IMG/VR virus record: IMGVR_UViG_3300047445_000186
Span: 1-64,000 of that record
Strand: one strand, 5' to 3'
DNA: 64,000 bases
In this document: positions 17,496 through 26,835 of the stretch, one piece after another
Position numbering within the stretch: position 1 is the first letter of the stretch
How the letters are laid out: each line of letters opens with the position of its first letter
Translations under genes and position numbers: made by a program
Notes under the pieces: generated by a model
What the model saw: the letters and a program-made list of their open reading frames with translations, nothing else
Told to the model about the DNA's origin: nothing
The model's database searches: none

Positions 17496-20230
17496 GCAGA
17501 GGTTGGATGAACGGAGAGGTGATCGCTCCAGAAGATGCAGTGACCAGTGGTCGTTATCGAGTGATGAACTACCGTTTGTACGGGCATCCTGAAATGTTCC
17601 TGAACCCTTACCGGTTCGGTGGAGGCACGATCACTCCTCCTCCATCATCGCCGTACTTCATTTACGACACGTTCACTGGTGCGGACGGCACGTACATCTT
17701 CGATCACGTTGGTGACAGTGGTGTGGTCTGGACTATGAAGGCTGCTGCCCGCGAGTACAAGATCACGGATAACATCGGCATTAAGCTGTCGGGGAATACA
17801 CTTCTCACAGACGGTTACTACGGTGGGTACACCACAATCCTGCCGACGATTGCACTTCCAGCAGATACGCCATACTACGTTGAGTTCGATCTGACCTTCA
17901 TTGAGGGAGCAGGTAACGGCCCGAACATTACGTTGTACCGCGCGAGTGGCACTGACGATACCTCCATGGACAACGCGGACTGGATCGGTCAGGTGATCCA
18001 CACAGGGACTACCGGTGAACTGTTCATTAGCAGCAACATGCTTTCATCGGACACTTTGCCTGCGGCTGCTGAAACGCCTCACACATTTCGGTTCATCTTC
18101 GACGGGCTGAGCATGACGGTTAGAATGAATGGCACGACCATTCTCACCGATACCGATTCGTATTACGTGGGTCTCCCTGGCGGGTACATGGGCTTTGCTG
18201 TTGAGGATCGAGATGTACCGCCACAAATGTCGCTTGACAACTACAAGGTTGTCGTTCCTTCAACTGGTCTCGTGATCTTCAGAGATGATTTCACTGACAG
18301 TTCAGGCACGGTCCTTGAAGGCCGCGTTCCTAACATCCGCGAAGCTGGATCGACCGCGACTTGGAGCGACACCTCGAAGTTGTCTGATACGTCTCCTGAG
18401 TTCCAACTCACTGGTGCCGGTGAGGTGGGCGTCGTTCTTTCATCTGGGGCGCCAAGCGATACGGTAGCATGGACGTTCGCGTATCTGCCATTGGGCGGTG
18501 AAGTCTTGCGCTTCGAGACGTCTATTCGTAATGCTAACGGAACGAGCGCGCTCGTGCGCAGCAGCGACGAAGAAATTTTCTCTGTTGAGTTGAATCAAAC
18601 CGACACTGGCGAGAATGTCAAGTTCGGTATCTTGAACGTTGGGTGGGTGTACATCGGCTCATCGGCAGACGGAGATGGTAGCGTCGCGTACGAACCTATT
18701 TTGGGTGTTGGCGGCGCGGCAGTTAAGTTCGCAGCAGAATGGGGTGGTGGATTCCTTCGGATCTTCATTGATGATGTTCAGATTTCAGAGATGGTCTGCA
18801 CGACAGAGACACTGTCATCCGGTTCGCCAGGGTACATGTACTTCGAGTTCGCTAATGGGAACGTAGTTGACTATGTTGAGCTTAAGCGATTCGGATCTTC
18901 GACACCGCCTCCTGCTCCTCCAGCCCCACCAGTACCAATGTTCACGGTGAGTGCTTCATCTGGAATTCCACCGCTGACTGTGACCTTCACAGACACCTCG
19001 ACAGGTGGACCGACCTCTTGGGCATGGGACTTCCAAAATGATGGTACTGTAGACAGCACTGCGCAGAATCAAATTTTCACGTTCACCGATCCTGGAACGT
19101 ACGATGTGAAGCTCACGGTGACGAACAGCGGTGGTTCAAGCAACGTAGTTCAAACGGCAGCGGTCACCGTCGCTTACCCAGCGTATACGATTTACGATTC
19201 GTTCAGCGGTGCGCCGCAAGATCAGCAATTGACCGCTCACACTGGTGAAATCAATGCGTCTTGGACTTCGCCTTCTGGGTATCATCCAGTGGTGAATCCA
19301 TCGTATCCGTATCCACCAGGTACCGGCTATGCGCAGTTCACGTATGCCACTGGTAAGTCAGTCGGAACCATGACCTCAGCGACAGGTTTTGTTGAGGTTG
19401 GTTTTTCAGTGTTGAATTCGAACGATAGCTTCATGCTCACGTTCTGCGACTCTCCTGCAATTGACAACTTCTTTACGCCTACGAATCGGAACGCGCCGAC
19501 TGTGTTGTTCGTGAATGCCGATCCGCCAAGGCTTGAGTTCACCAAGAGCGGTGAAGGCCCTGCGTACACGTACATGACGTACAACTCCGAAGTCAAGATC
19601 GATGGAACACTGAACAGATTCCGTCTGCAAGTGACGGCCAGTACGATCGACGTGATCATCAACGGCAGTACAGTGTACACGATGGCAAGCACATTCGATT
19701 TGACAGGGAAGCACGTCAGTATTCGAAGCGACAGCGTCACGTCTTACAACGCATTGTTCTTCGACTACATCGTCGCAGGTCCTGGCAATCTGCCGTCACC
19801 ACCTCCGACACCAATGGCAGCGCCACCGGCTCCGCCTCCACCGCCTCCTCCACCACCACCTCCGGCACCGCCTCCAGGAGCTGCACCATCTGCTACGCTG
19901 ATCACGCTGCCGTACTCGGCATCGGTTCCGCTGGACAGCAATCTGAAGTGGTACAAGTTCGTCCTGTCTGCGACAGCTACTGTCACAATGTCTACATTGA
20001 ATTCGCCAGACACGAACGGTGATACGTTCTTGGCGCTGTACGACAGTGCTGGCAACGGGCTCCAGGAGAATGACGATTCTGGCGCCAGGTACCTCAGTGA
20101 GATCGTTACTTCACTGAGTGCAGGCACGTACTACCTCGGCCTCACGTACTGGCCTGGCAATGTGAACTCTGGTTGGAATCTCACTGGTGGCTCTGTTGCT
20201 GGCTCTGATATTCTGCTGGAAGTGTCTTAA
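17492..20230 (+). CDS. large multidomain adhesin-like virion protein (three lectin-like domains, PKD, PPC-like)
   Basis: three (Y/R)D(T/D/S)F(T/S) domain openers; PKD VTFTDTSTGGPTSWAWDF; C-terminal DTFLALYDSAG..ENDDSG; poly-Pro linkers. Confidence 0.7.
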   Translation: MSRGWMNGEVIAPEDAVTSGRYRVMNYRLYGHPEMFLNPYRFGGGTITPPPSSPYFIYDTFTGADGTYIFDHVGDSGVVWTMKAAAREYKITDNIGIKLSGNTLLTDGYYGGYTTILPTIALPADTPYYVEFDLTFIEGAGNGPNITLYRASGTDDTSMDNADWIGQVIHTGTTGELFISSNMLSSDTLPAAAETPHTFRFIFDGLSMTVRMNGTTILTDTDSYYVGLPGGYMGFAVEDRDVPPQMSLDNYKVVVPSTGLVIFRDDFTDSSGTVLEGRVPNIREAGSTATWSDTSKLSDTSPEFQLTGAGEVGVVLSSGAPSDTVAWTFAYLPLGGEVLRFETSIRNANGTSALVRSSDEEIFSVELNQTDTGENVKFGILNVGWVYIGSSADGDGSVAYEPILGVGGAAVKFAAEWGGGFLRIFIDDVQISEMVCTTETLSSGSPGYMYFEFANGNVVDYVELKRFGSSTPPPAPPAPPVPMFTVSASSGIPPLTVTFTDTSTGGPTSWAWDFQNDGTVDSTAQNQIFTFTDPGTYDVKLTVTNSGGSSNVVQTAAVTVAYPAYTIYDSFSGAPQDQQLTAHTGEINASWTSPSGYHPVVNPSYPYPPGTGYAQFTYATGKSVGTMTSATGFVEVGFSVLNSNDSFMLTFCDSPAIDNFFTPTNRNAPTVLFVNADPPRLEFTKSGEGPAYTYMTYNSEVKIDGTLNRFRLQVTASTIDVIINGSTVYTMASTFDLTGKHVSIRSDSVTSYNALFFDYIVAGPGNLPSPPPTPMAAPPAPPPPPPPPPPPAPPPGAAPSATLITLPYSASVPLDSNLKWYKFVLSATATVTMSTLNSPDTNGDTFLALYDSAGNGLQENDDSGARYLSEIVTSLSAGTYYLGLTYWPGNVNSGWNLTGGSVAGSDILLEVS

Positions 20231-20282
20231 GCTGACCTGATTTGAAGGCCTTGCAGGTTCATAGATTCGGTACAATAGGCCG

Positions 20283-20585
20283 ATGAAGAAGTTCCTGCAG
20301 GCCTTGACCAATCAAAGGCTCGAAAAACCGATCAGCGAAATTCCCGCCGAAAAACCGGCGCAAATTTTTTCGCCGATTAGTTTCGAGCGCACGGTCTTCC
20401 TGAGGGAACGCATTCAGGTTCTGCAGTCGATGTACAACGAATTCCTGCAGAAACCTGCGAAGTACGTTGTTGGGGGTCAGCACGAGCTCCAACGATCGGT
20501 CCTGAGCACGATCATGGCCGAGAAACTTCAGCTCATGGTCGAGCTGAACGTCTTGAGCGAGCATCTGGAGAAGACTAATGTTTAA
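20283..20585 (+). CDS. hypothetical protein
   Basis: 100 aa, TACAAT upstream. Confidence 0.6.
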   Translation: MKKFLQALTNQRLEKPISEIPAEKPAQIFSPISFERTVFLRERIQVLQSMYNEFLQKPAKYVVGGQHELQRSVLSTIMAEKLQLMVELNVLSEHLEKTNV

Positions 20586-20793
20586 GCTGATCAAGTGTTC
20601 TGCGCCTGGGTGGGAGAAGGAATTCCAAACCAGTGAAGAGATGAAAGCCGCGCTGTACAGTCACATCTGCGGCCTCTGCCGAGATGGGGCTGAGTCGTCG
20701 TACTGCGATCCAGTCCACGAGGGTTCCTCGTTCGGCGAACTGCTCAGCACCGGTTGCGGTTGCGAATTCGACGTGGAGCCTTACCCTCTGTAA
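20578..20793 (+). CDS. hypothetical Cys-rich protein
   Basis: 71 aa, CGLC..C..CGC. Confidence 0.6.
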   Translation: MFKLIKCSAPGWEKEFQTSEEMKAALYSHICGLCRDGAESSYCDPVHEGSSFGELLSTGCGCEFDVEPYPL

Positions 20794-20845
20794 CACGTTA
20801 CAGATTAGTTGTGTACGTCATCCTGTGGTGGAGTAGAATTCACCC

Positions 20846-21220
20846 ATGAACTTGAACGAAGCAACTGAACTGGATATCCGCTCCGACATCGTCGTGACCG
20901 GGTACAACGGTGAAATGGCTGATTTCGATAATCCGCGCGGAGAAATCCACGGATTCCGCGCCTACCTGACGATCACCGCCGAAGACGGTTCTCGTTGGGC
21001 ACACTTCGCGCACTGCACCAAACACTGGGAGCAGGAGGCGATCGCAGAGGTCGAGAAGCTGAAAGCTCGTGTTCAAGCATTCCTTGATCACGGTGCGCAA
21101 CCCCTCGATCCTGCGTGTTGGACCCCGATTCAGCCGTGCTACGGTTCCGATGCGTACCAGTCCGGCGGTTGGGAAGCAGAAACGGTCGCGTGGGAACGCG
21201 AAATGGACGAAAGATTCTGA
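20846..21220 (+). CDS. hypothetical early protein
   Basis: 124 aa, TAGAAT upstream. Confidence 0.65.
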   Translation: MNLNEATELDIRSDIVVTGYNGEMADFDNPRGEIHGFRAYLTITAEDGSRWAHFAHCTKHWEQEAIAEVEKLKARVQAFLDHGAQPLDPACWTPIQPCYGSDAYQSGGWEAETVAWEREMDERF

Positions 21221-21221
21221 C

Positions 21222-21422
21222 ATGCCCGATTTGAAAACCCAAGTCTTCGAGGCGCTCGACACCGCCACGAAGGAGAACGATTTCTCGTACTTCGGCATGA
21301 CGCCGCTCGAAGTAGCCGATGACATCGTCGAGTTCAACGCCACATTCGAGAACGTGCAGCCCGAAGAACTCGTGCCGCACATCGAGGCCTGGCTCGAAGG
21401 CAATCCGCAGGAGGACAAATGA
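21222..21422 (+). CDS. hypothetical acidic protein
   Basis: 66 aa MPDLKTQVFEALD... Confidence 0.6.
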   Translation: MPDLKTQVFEALDTATKENDFSYFGMTPLEVADDIVEFNATFENVQPEELVPHIEAWLEGNPQEDK

Positions 21423-21550
21423 TCAGACCAATCGGCCCGTCGATGGCGTACCTGGATTTCCGTGCAATGAAGATGCACTGGGAAGCGATCTGGGAAGCGA
21501 ACGACATGCGCTGGAACTACACGCTCCTGCCACCGGAGAAATTCCTGTGA
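21419..21550 (+). CDS. small hypothetical protein (missed by ORF track)
   Basis: 43 aa MIRPIGPSMAYLDFRAMK..., GAGGA RBS, ATGA and GTGA overlaps with both neighbours. Confidence 0.5.
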   Translation: MIRPIGPSMAYLDFRAMKMHWEAIWEANDMRWNYTLLPPEKFL

Positions 21551-22047
21551 ACAAGATCATCGAACGAGCCTTGGAGCTCGTGAAACCCCAATTTCGCCTG
21601 GACCTCCACCATGGCTGGCATGGGATCGGCCACTGGTCTCGCGTCTGGCATAACGCCCGGTTTCTGTGCAGCGAGTTGAAGCTCGATCCGACGGTTCCCT
21701 GTTGGTTCGCGTTCACGCACGACTCGCAGCGGTTCAACGAGGACAAGGACGAGGAGCATGGCCATCGAGCCGCGGCCTGGATCGAAAGTCTGGACGGCCA
21801 TCAGCTCCGCTTGAACACGTTCGATCTGCACCTCCTGAAGACCGCGATGCGTGGTCACTCTGACGGAAAGACAGAAGCGCACCCGATCATCCAGGTCTGC
21901 TGGGACGCCGATCGCCTCGATCTCGGCCGAGTGGGGATCATGCCGCACAAGTCTTACCTCTGCACCGAACCAGCGAAGCGGCCAGAGGTGATCGCGCTAG
22001 CGTGGGAACGATCAACCAGTCCTCCCGCCAGACGACTGGTTCGCTGA
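21547..22047 (+). CDS. HD-domain phosphohydrolase
   Basis: HGIGHWSRV, FTHD, EHGHRAA, CWDADRLDL; GTG start. Confidence 0.8.
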   Translation: MNKIIERALELVKPQFRLDLHHGWHGIGHWSRVWHNARFLCSELKLDPTVPCWFAFTHDSQRFNEDKDEEHGHRAAAWIESLDGHQLRLNTFDLHLLKTAMRGHSDGKTEAHPIIQVCWDADRLDLGRVGIMPHKSYLCTEPAKRPEVIALAWERSTSPPARRLVR

Positions 22048-22067
22048 CCCTCTGTCAGACTCCTTAA

Positions 22068-22090
22068 GAAAGGGCCTTCGGGCCCTTTTC
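22068..22090 (+). terminator. intrinsic terminator with UUCG loop
   Basis: AAAGGGCC-TTCG-GGCCCTTTT. Confidence 0.8.
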
Positions 22091-22187
22091 CGTTTCCGGA
22101 ATTAGACTCTTCACCGACGCCGGTCAGGTGTCTCCGGTGTCGCCTCGTGTCGCCGATCGGTGCCGGGTCTTTGGTGCTGGCATGACG

Positions 22188-22193
22188 TAAATA
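22188..22193 (+). promoter_or_regulatory. late promoter TAAATA
   Basis: upstream of neck gene. Confidence 0.6.
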
Positions 22194-22219
22194 GGTCTCT
22201 ACTCCTATGAGCGTCATTC

Positions 22220-24094
22220 ATGTCAGAAAATCTAAACACCGCTTCTACGCACGATCTCTGGGTTGAAGCGCGGCAGTTCAAGCTGGACCTCAATCGTCCA
22301 ACGCCGACCTCAATTGAAATTACGATCACGCGGCCAGTCGGTCTGAAGATCGCGGACGGAGCGGTCGTTCTGCTCGGCGAGCAGGCAATCGACGCGTCGA
22401 GCTGGCCAGAAGACGGTAAGAAGTATCTCGCCTCGACCACGTGGAATGACCAGAGCGAAGGCGCTGGATCGCTTATCAACACGTTCCAGGTCGTTGGGTT
22501 CTACAGCGGAATCATGGGTCAGCCTCTGCCTGAAGGCACGGTCACTGGCACTGAGACCACATGGACGATCACCGTCGAAGGCACGGATCCAGACACGCTG
22601 TACTACGCGTCGATCCACCCTGCAACGAAGGTCTTGCAGTACTACCCGATTGGCGTCCAATCGTACCCACTTGACGGTTCGCAGATCGAGAAGAGCTCGA
22701 ACTCGTACACTGGTTCGATCCCATCGCTTCCTGCTGCTCCAACCTCGCCAACTCCTGGCATGGTCTACTTCGATCAGGCGCTGAAGTTCGTTCAGTACTG
22801 GGACGCAACGCGGAACGTCTGGATCCCAACGCGCTCTGACACCATCCAAGCAGGTGAAACAAATCCTGGCGTGATCGGTCATGTGTTCATGATCGGCGGA
22901 TCGCTGAAGGTGTTCGATGGTCTGAACTGGATTTCAGTCACGGCAGCGAACATGCAGTTCTCAGCAGCTGGATCGTGGGTGCCGTTCAACTCGGTCTCTG
23001 GCGCGACGAAGCTCCCTGATGCTCCAGTTGCTGGTGACCTCGTGTACAACTACACGTCGCAACAAGTTCAGTACTTTGACGGTACAAGCTGGCAAATCCC
23101 TGGCCCAGCTACGGCTCTGCTCACAACGAGCACCGCAACGGTTCCTGCGTTCACGGTTCCATTCGCTGTTGAGTACGAAGACCTCGTCACGCCGTACATC
23201 GGAATGTTGTTCTACAACACGAAGAACCATCAGCTGAACGTGTTCAATGGCACGACATGGGAGCGCGCAAATACAGCCCAAGCCGGCACGCCAACATCCG
23301 ACAAGGTCGGTATCGGCAATGACGGTTCGTACGATCAACGCATTCGCCTTGTGAACATTTTGAAGGCTCAGCTTGGTTGGCCAGCGCAATGCGTTGAGCT
23401 CACTGAAGAGCAGTTCAACATCGCGATCGATAACGCGCTTGACACTTACCGTCAGCTCAGCATCGGTGCGTACGAGCCACGGTTCATGGTCATTCAGCTG
23501 ATCGCTGGACAGCAGACGTACTTCCTGAACTCGCCAACTGATCGCTCTGACGCAATTGTGTCGGTCCAGAAGATCAATCGCATGGGGTACGCCTCGATCG
23601 GCTCGACTGGCTCCGACAACATCTGGAACCAAGCGTTCATTCAACAGAACTTCACGCAGTCAATTACGAGCGGGCCGATGGTTGAGCTTCAACTGCTGTC
23701 GAACTGGACTGATGACATGACACGTATGTTCGCTGGTGACATTCCATTCGTTTGGAATGAAGCGCGCCGCGAGTTGTTCCTGAAGCGCATGATCCGCAAT
23801 CATGAGAAGGTTGTGCTTGAAGTTGAACTTGAGCGCACCGAGCAAGAAATCATGATGGACCGTTGGTGCAAGCAGTGGATTCAAGGTTGGGCTATTGCCG
23901 AGTGCAAGGAAAATCTCGGCTTGATCCGTTCGAAGTTCAGCTCCGGTACTCCTGGTCCCGCTGGCACGATCACCCTGAACGGTGACACACTGCTCTCCGA
24001 AGCTCGCCAAGACTTCACGGACCTGCGCCAGCAGATCTTTGATTACGAGGTTCAGAACGCCGAGCACGGGAACGTCGCGTTCCTGATGGGCTGA
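22220..24094 (+). CDS. neck protein gp13-like with about 370-aa N-terminal extension
   Basis: C-terminal ILKAQLGWP..VELTEEQ..AIDNAL, ITLNGDTLLSEA; N-terminal fibre-type repeats. Confidence 0.75.
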   Translation: MSENLNTASTHDLWVEARQFKLDLNRPTPTSIEITITRPVGLKIADGAVVLLGEQAIDASSWPEDGKKYLASTTWNDQSEGAGSLINTFQVVGFYSGIMGQPLPEGTVTGTETTWTITVEGTDPDTLYYASIHPATKVLQYYPIGVQSYPLDGSQIEKSSNSYTGSIPSLPAAPTSPTPGMVYFDQALKFVQYWDATRNVWIPTRSDTIQAGETNPGVIGHVFMIGGSLKVFDGLNWISVTAANMQFSAAGSWVPFNSVSGATKLPDAPVAGDLVYNYTSQQVQYFDGTSWQIPGPATALLTTSTATVPAFTVPFAVEYEDLVTPYIGMLFYNTKNHQLNVFNGTTWERANTAQAGTPTSDKVGIGNDGSYDQRIRLVNILKAQLGWPAQCVELTEEQFNIAIDNALDTYRQLSIGAYEPRFMVIQLIAGQQTYFLNSPTDRSDAIVSVQKINRMGYASIGSTGSDNIWNQAFIQQNFTQSITSGPMVELQLLSNWTDDMTRMFAGDIPFVWNEARRELFLKRMIRNHEKVVLEVELERTEQEIMMDRWCKQWIQGWAIAECKENLGLIRSKFSSGTPGPAGTITLNGDTLLSEARQDFTDLRQQIFDYEVQNAEHGNVAFLMG

Positions 24095-24133
24095 TCGCTA
24101 TTTGTCACCTAATGCCTGTATAACTCTCACCCT

Positions 24134-25957
24134 ATGAGCTCTCTCCCTATCACCACATGTCCAGACGGCGCAGGTTCAGTGAACACGACCGGAAATGGAC
24201 TCGCCCCTGTACAGACGTACATCCAACCTGACATTTGCGTCGGTGAGTGGGAAATTCCGGCGTGCTCGGATTCGTATCAAGAGCAGCTCGCAGCAGAGAA
24301 CCTGAACATCAGTGGGGCGCCACTGAATGTGTTCAAGCTCCTGGGTGTGCACGAGCAAGGGAAGTTGATTGACCTTGTCGGTCTTGGGCAAGCGCTGAAC
24401 AGCTCGGCAGATGCGTTCGATCTGCTCGGAAACAATTGGCTGTCAGCAGAGACGGGCATGGCCGTGCTCACGACCCCTGCTTGGATGGGGTACGATTTTG
24501 GAACGACTAAGACGTCGTTCGGTCAGGACGTGAACGCAAAGGGCCAACCTGCCGCGCAGCACATCACATCGTTCCGAATTACGCAACCGACTGAGGGTCG
24601 CAGAGCACTTCAAGTGCGAATTGAACGATCGACGGGCGGGTACAAGGTTGACCCTCTGAAGATCCGCTTTACCGGATCTGGGAATGGTTCAGTGCAAGGT
24701 TACACTCCGGGCGTTCAGGCGGTTCCGGGCACCTTCATGCTTGCTGCAAGTAGCGCTACAAACTTCTCGGTTCTTTTCACCGGGGCCACCACGGAGGTGG
24801 TCGGTGTTTGCACGGTAGGAGTACGCTTCAATAGTCTGCACGGTTCTTTCACGATCATTCCTGGTTCGATTCCATTCGAGGCTGGCGACATGTTCTCCCT
24901 TCCGGTTGAACTTGATTGGTACCGAGTAGATGTCTTGAACTTGCCAGACGTCGCAGGTGCGGTCCTTGCCCGCATCAAGCAATCCTCAGCTTCCCGTTAC
25001 TGGCGAATCGTCCCTACTTCCTTCAGTGGAGTTCATGACGATCAACCTTGGGAGGTTGAGAAGTTGGAGCTGTTCGACTACCAGACAACTCGTCTGGATG
25101 ACGTTCAAGACCAACTGTACCTGGAGAATCGCGATCGGGACTATGCTAAGCAATCAGTCCAGTTCAAAGTTTCGTACCAGCCGTTCGACGCCATTTCTGA
25201 CCTGTCGAAGTTTGGTTTCCAAGTTTCTGACATGTACTCGTTCACAACTGTATTCTCTACCATGATCGCGGCTTTGGGCCGTCCGATCGTGGTTGGGGAC
25301 GTGCTTGAAGTACCGTCTGAGATGCAGTACGACCAGAACCTGAAACCAGTCCGGAAGTTCCTTGAAGTCACAGACACTTCGTGGGGCTCTGACGGGTACA
25401 CCACTTCGTGGCGCCCAATCACGTTCAAGTTCCAAGCGACTCAATTGATCCCGAGCCAGGAAACACGCGACATTCTCGGCACCGTTGATACCCAGAAGTA
25501 TGTGGTCGACGATGGTAACTTCTTCGCTGGCATCGAGCAGATCAGCACCGGTCCTCTGACATCCTCCGAAGCTGTGAAGGCCGAGGCTGAGCTGGCAGTT
25601 CCTGAGACTGGCGCGAATGTCCGTGAAGTCGCTTCCGGTATGAATCGCTTCAATCAACCTGGCAGCTACGACGGCACTGGTTTGTACGTTGAAGATGGTC
25701 TGCCGCCAGATGCGCAGCCATACACCGAAGGCTTCAAGCTTCCAGACGTCGCTGGAGTTCAGGATGGCGCGTTCTTCCGTTTGAACTACGACCCAAAACT
25801 AAATATCGCTGCACGCCTGTACAAGTTCAGCAACGTGAAGAACCAGTGGATGTACGTTGAGACCGATCGTCGGAACGAACGCTCTGCACTGAAGCCATCA
25901 CAGCGCGAAATGTTCAATCAGACGAAGACAATCTCTCTCACATCTAAGACCGTCTAA
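24134..25957 (+). CDS. neck/head-completion protein gp14-like with inserted domains
   Basis: ENLNISGAPLNVFKLL ... QDQLYLENRDRDY, LSKFG, IVVGDVLEVP, YVEDG. Confidence 0.7.
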   Translation: MSSLPITTCPDGAGSVNTTGNGLAPVQTYIQPDICVGEWEIPACSDSYQEQLAAENLNISGAPLNVFKLLGVHEQGKLIDLVGLGQALNSSADAFDLLGNNWLSAETGMAVLTTPAWMGYDFGTTKTSFGQDVNAKGQPAAQHITSFRITQPTEGRRALQVRIERSTGGYKVDPLKIRFTGSGNGSVQGYTPGVQAVPGTFMLAASSATNFSVLFTGATTEVVGVCTVGVRFNSLHGSFTIIPGSIPFEAGDMFSLPVELDWYRVDVLNLPDVAGAVLARIKQSSASRYWRIVPTSFSGVHDDQPWEVEKLELFDYQTTRLDDVQDQLYLENRDRDYAKQSVQFKVSYQPFDAISDLSKFGFQVSDMYSFTTVFSTMIAALGRPIVVGDVLEVPSEMQYDQNLKPVRKFLEVTDTSWGSDGYTTSWRPITFKFQATQLIPSQETRDILGTVDTQKYVVDDGNFFAGIEQISTGPLTSSEAVKAEAELAVPETGANVREVASGMNRFNQPGSYDGTGLYVEDGLPPDAQPYTEGFKLPDVAGVQDGAFFRLNYDPKLNIAARLYKFSNVKNQWMYVETDRRNERSALKPSQREMFNQTKTISLTSKTV

Positions 25958-26835
25958 TGAAGCTCCTCGATCTTTTTGAATCAGCGAAATACACCCTCGA
26001 GCAGGAGTTTATCATCCGCTCGTGGGGTCAGGTCTTGTACCTTGACTACTTCGATTTGCCTGCTGGCCGCAGCACTATTGGCACCTATGATTTGGCTGTT
26101 CTCGTTCGTGAGTACAACGAGGCAATCAAGTCTGGCGATGAAGACAAGATCACCGAGCTGGATGAGTGGATCGCTGAAGGCGCGCCATTGAAGAACGGTA
26201 AGCACGTGCTCACAAAGGAAACTGTTGACGTTCTGCTCACGCGAGCGCAACATAAAGCTGGCAAGGAGATCACGCTCTATCGGTTCGATGAACGAGACAA
26301 TCCATTGAAGCCAGATGCGTGGATCAGCATGACCACGAAAGATAACGGATACGCAGGCGCACGTCGTGAATACCATCTGAAGGCAGATGACCTGATCATT
26401 GACGCACATGGTCTTGCTGATGACCAGGAAGTGATCGTGAATACGAACGTGCTTCTTAAGTCTACAAACGAAGCGTACCAGCCAGAGTGGGAGAAGCCAT
26501 GCTGGATCGTCGCAATCAAGAACACCCTTGGCGTCTCTGAAGAGAAGATCAAGGAGCTTGCTCTGAAGCATGACTGGGACGGAAAGAGCGATGGTCTTGC
26601 TGTCAAGAACGTGATCATGATCGTGTGGGATTTGATCGGCCATATGCCTGATCTGTCGCTCACGAAGGACTCGAGAGGCATGACACCAAAGGAGTTCTCT
26701 GGCACTCAAGGCAAGACTGGTCTCGTGTTCACGAAGGCGCACGTGATGCCGATGATCAATGGCAAGGTATCAAATTTCAACGGGCACGGCGAAGAAGAAA
26801 TCGCGGCGGTCGCCACGTACAAAGGTAAGAAATGA
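25957..26835 (+). CDS. putative packaged protein: ADP-ribosyltransferase-like domain plus papain-like peptidase-like domain
   Basis: LYR..WISMT..DQEVIV (R-S-E pattern); CWIVAI...HVMPMINGKVSN (Cys-His-Asn pattern). Confidence 0.45.
   Translation: MKLLDLFESAKYTLEQEFIIRSWGQVLYLDYFDLPAGRSTIGTYDLAVLVREYNEAIKSGDEDKITELDEWIAEGAPLKNGKHVLTKETVDVLLTRAQHKAGKEITLYRFDERDNPLKPDAWISMTTKDNGYAGARREYHLKADDLIIDAHGLADDQEVIVNTNVLLKSTNEAYQPEWEKPCWIVAIKNTLGVSEEKIKELALKHDWDGKSDGLAVKNVIMIVWDLIGHMPDLSLTKDSRGMTPKEFSGTQGKTGLVFTKAHVMPMINGKVSNFNGHGEEEIAAVATYKGKK

Noticed and set aside
19790-19880. CCx-rich tandem repeat
   Set aside because: It simply encodes a poly-proline linker in the adhesin.
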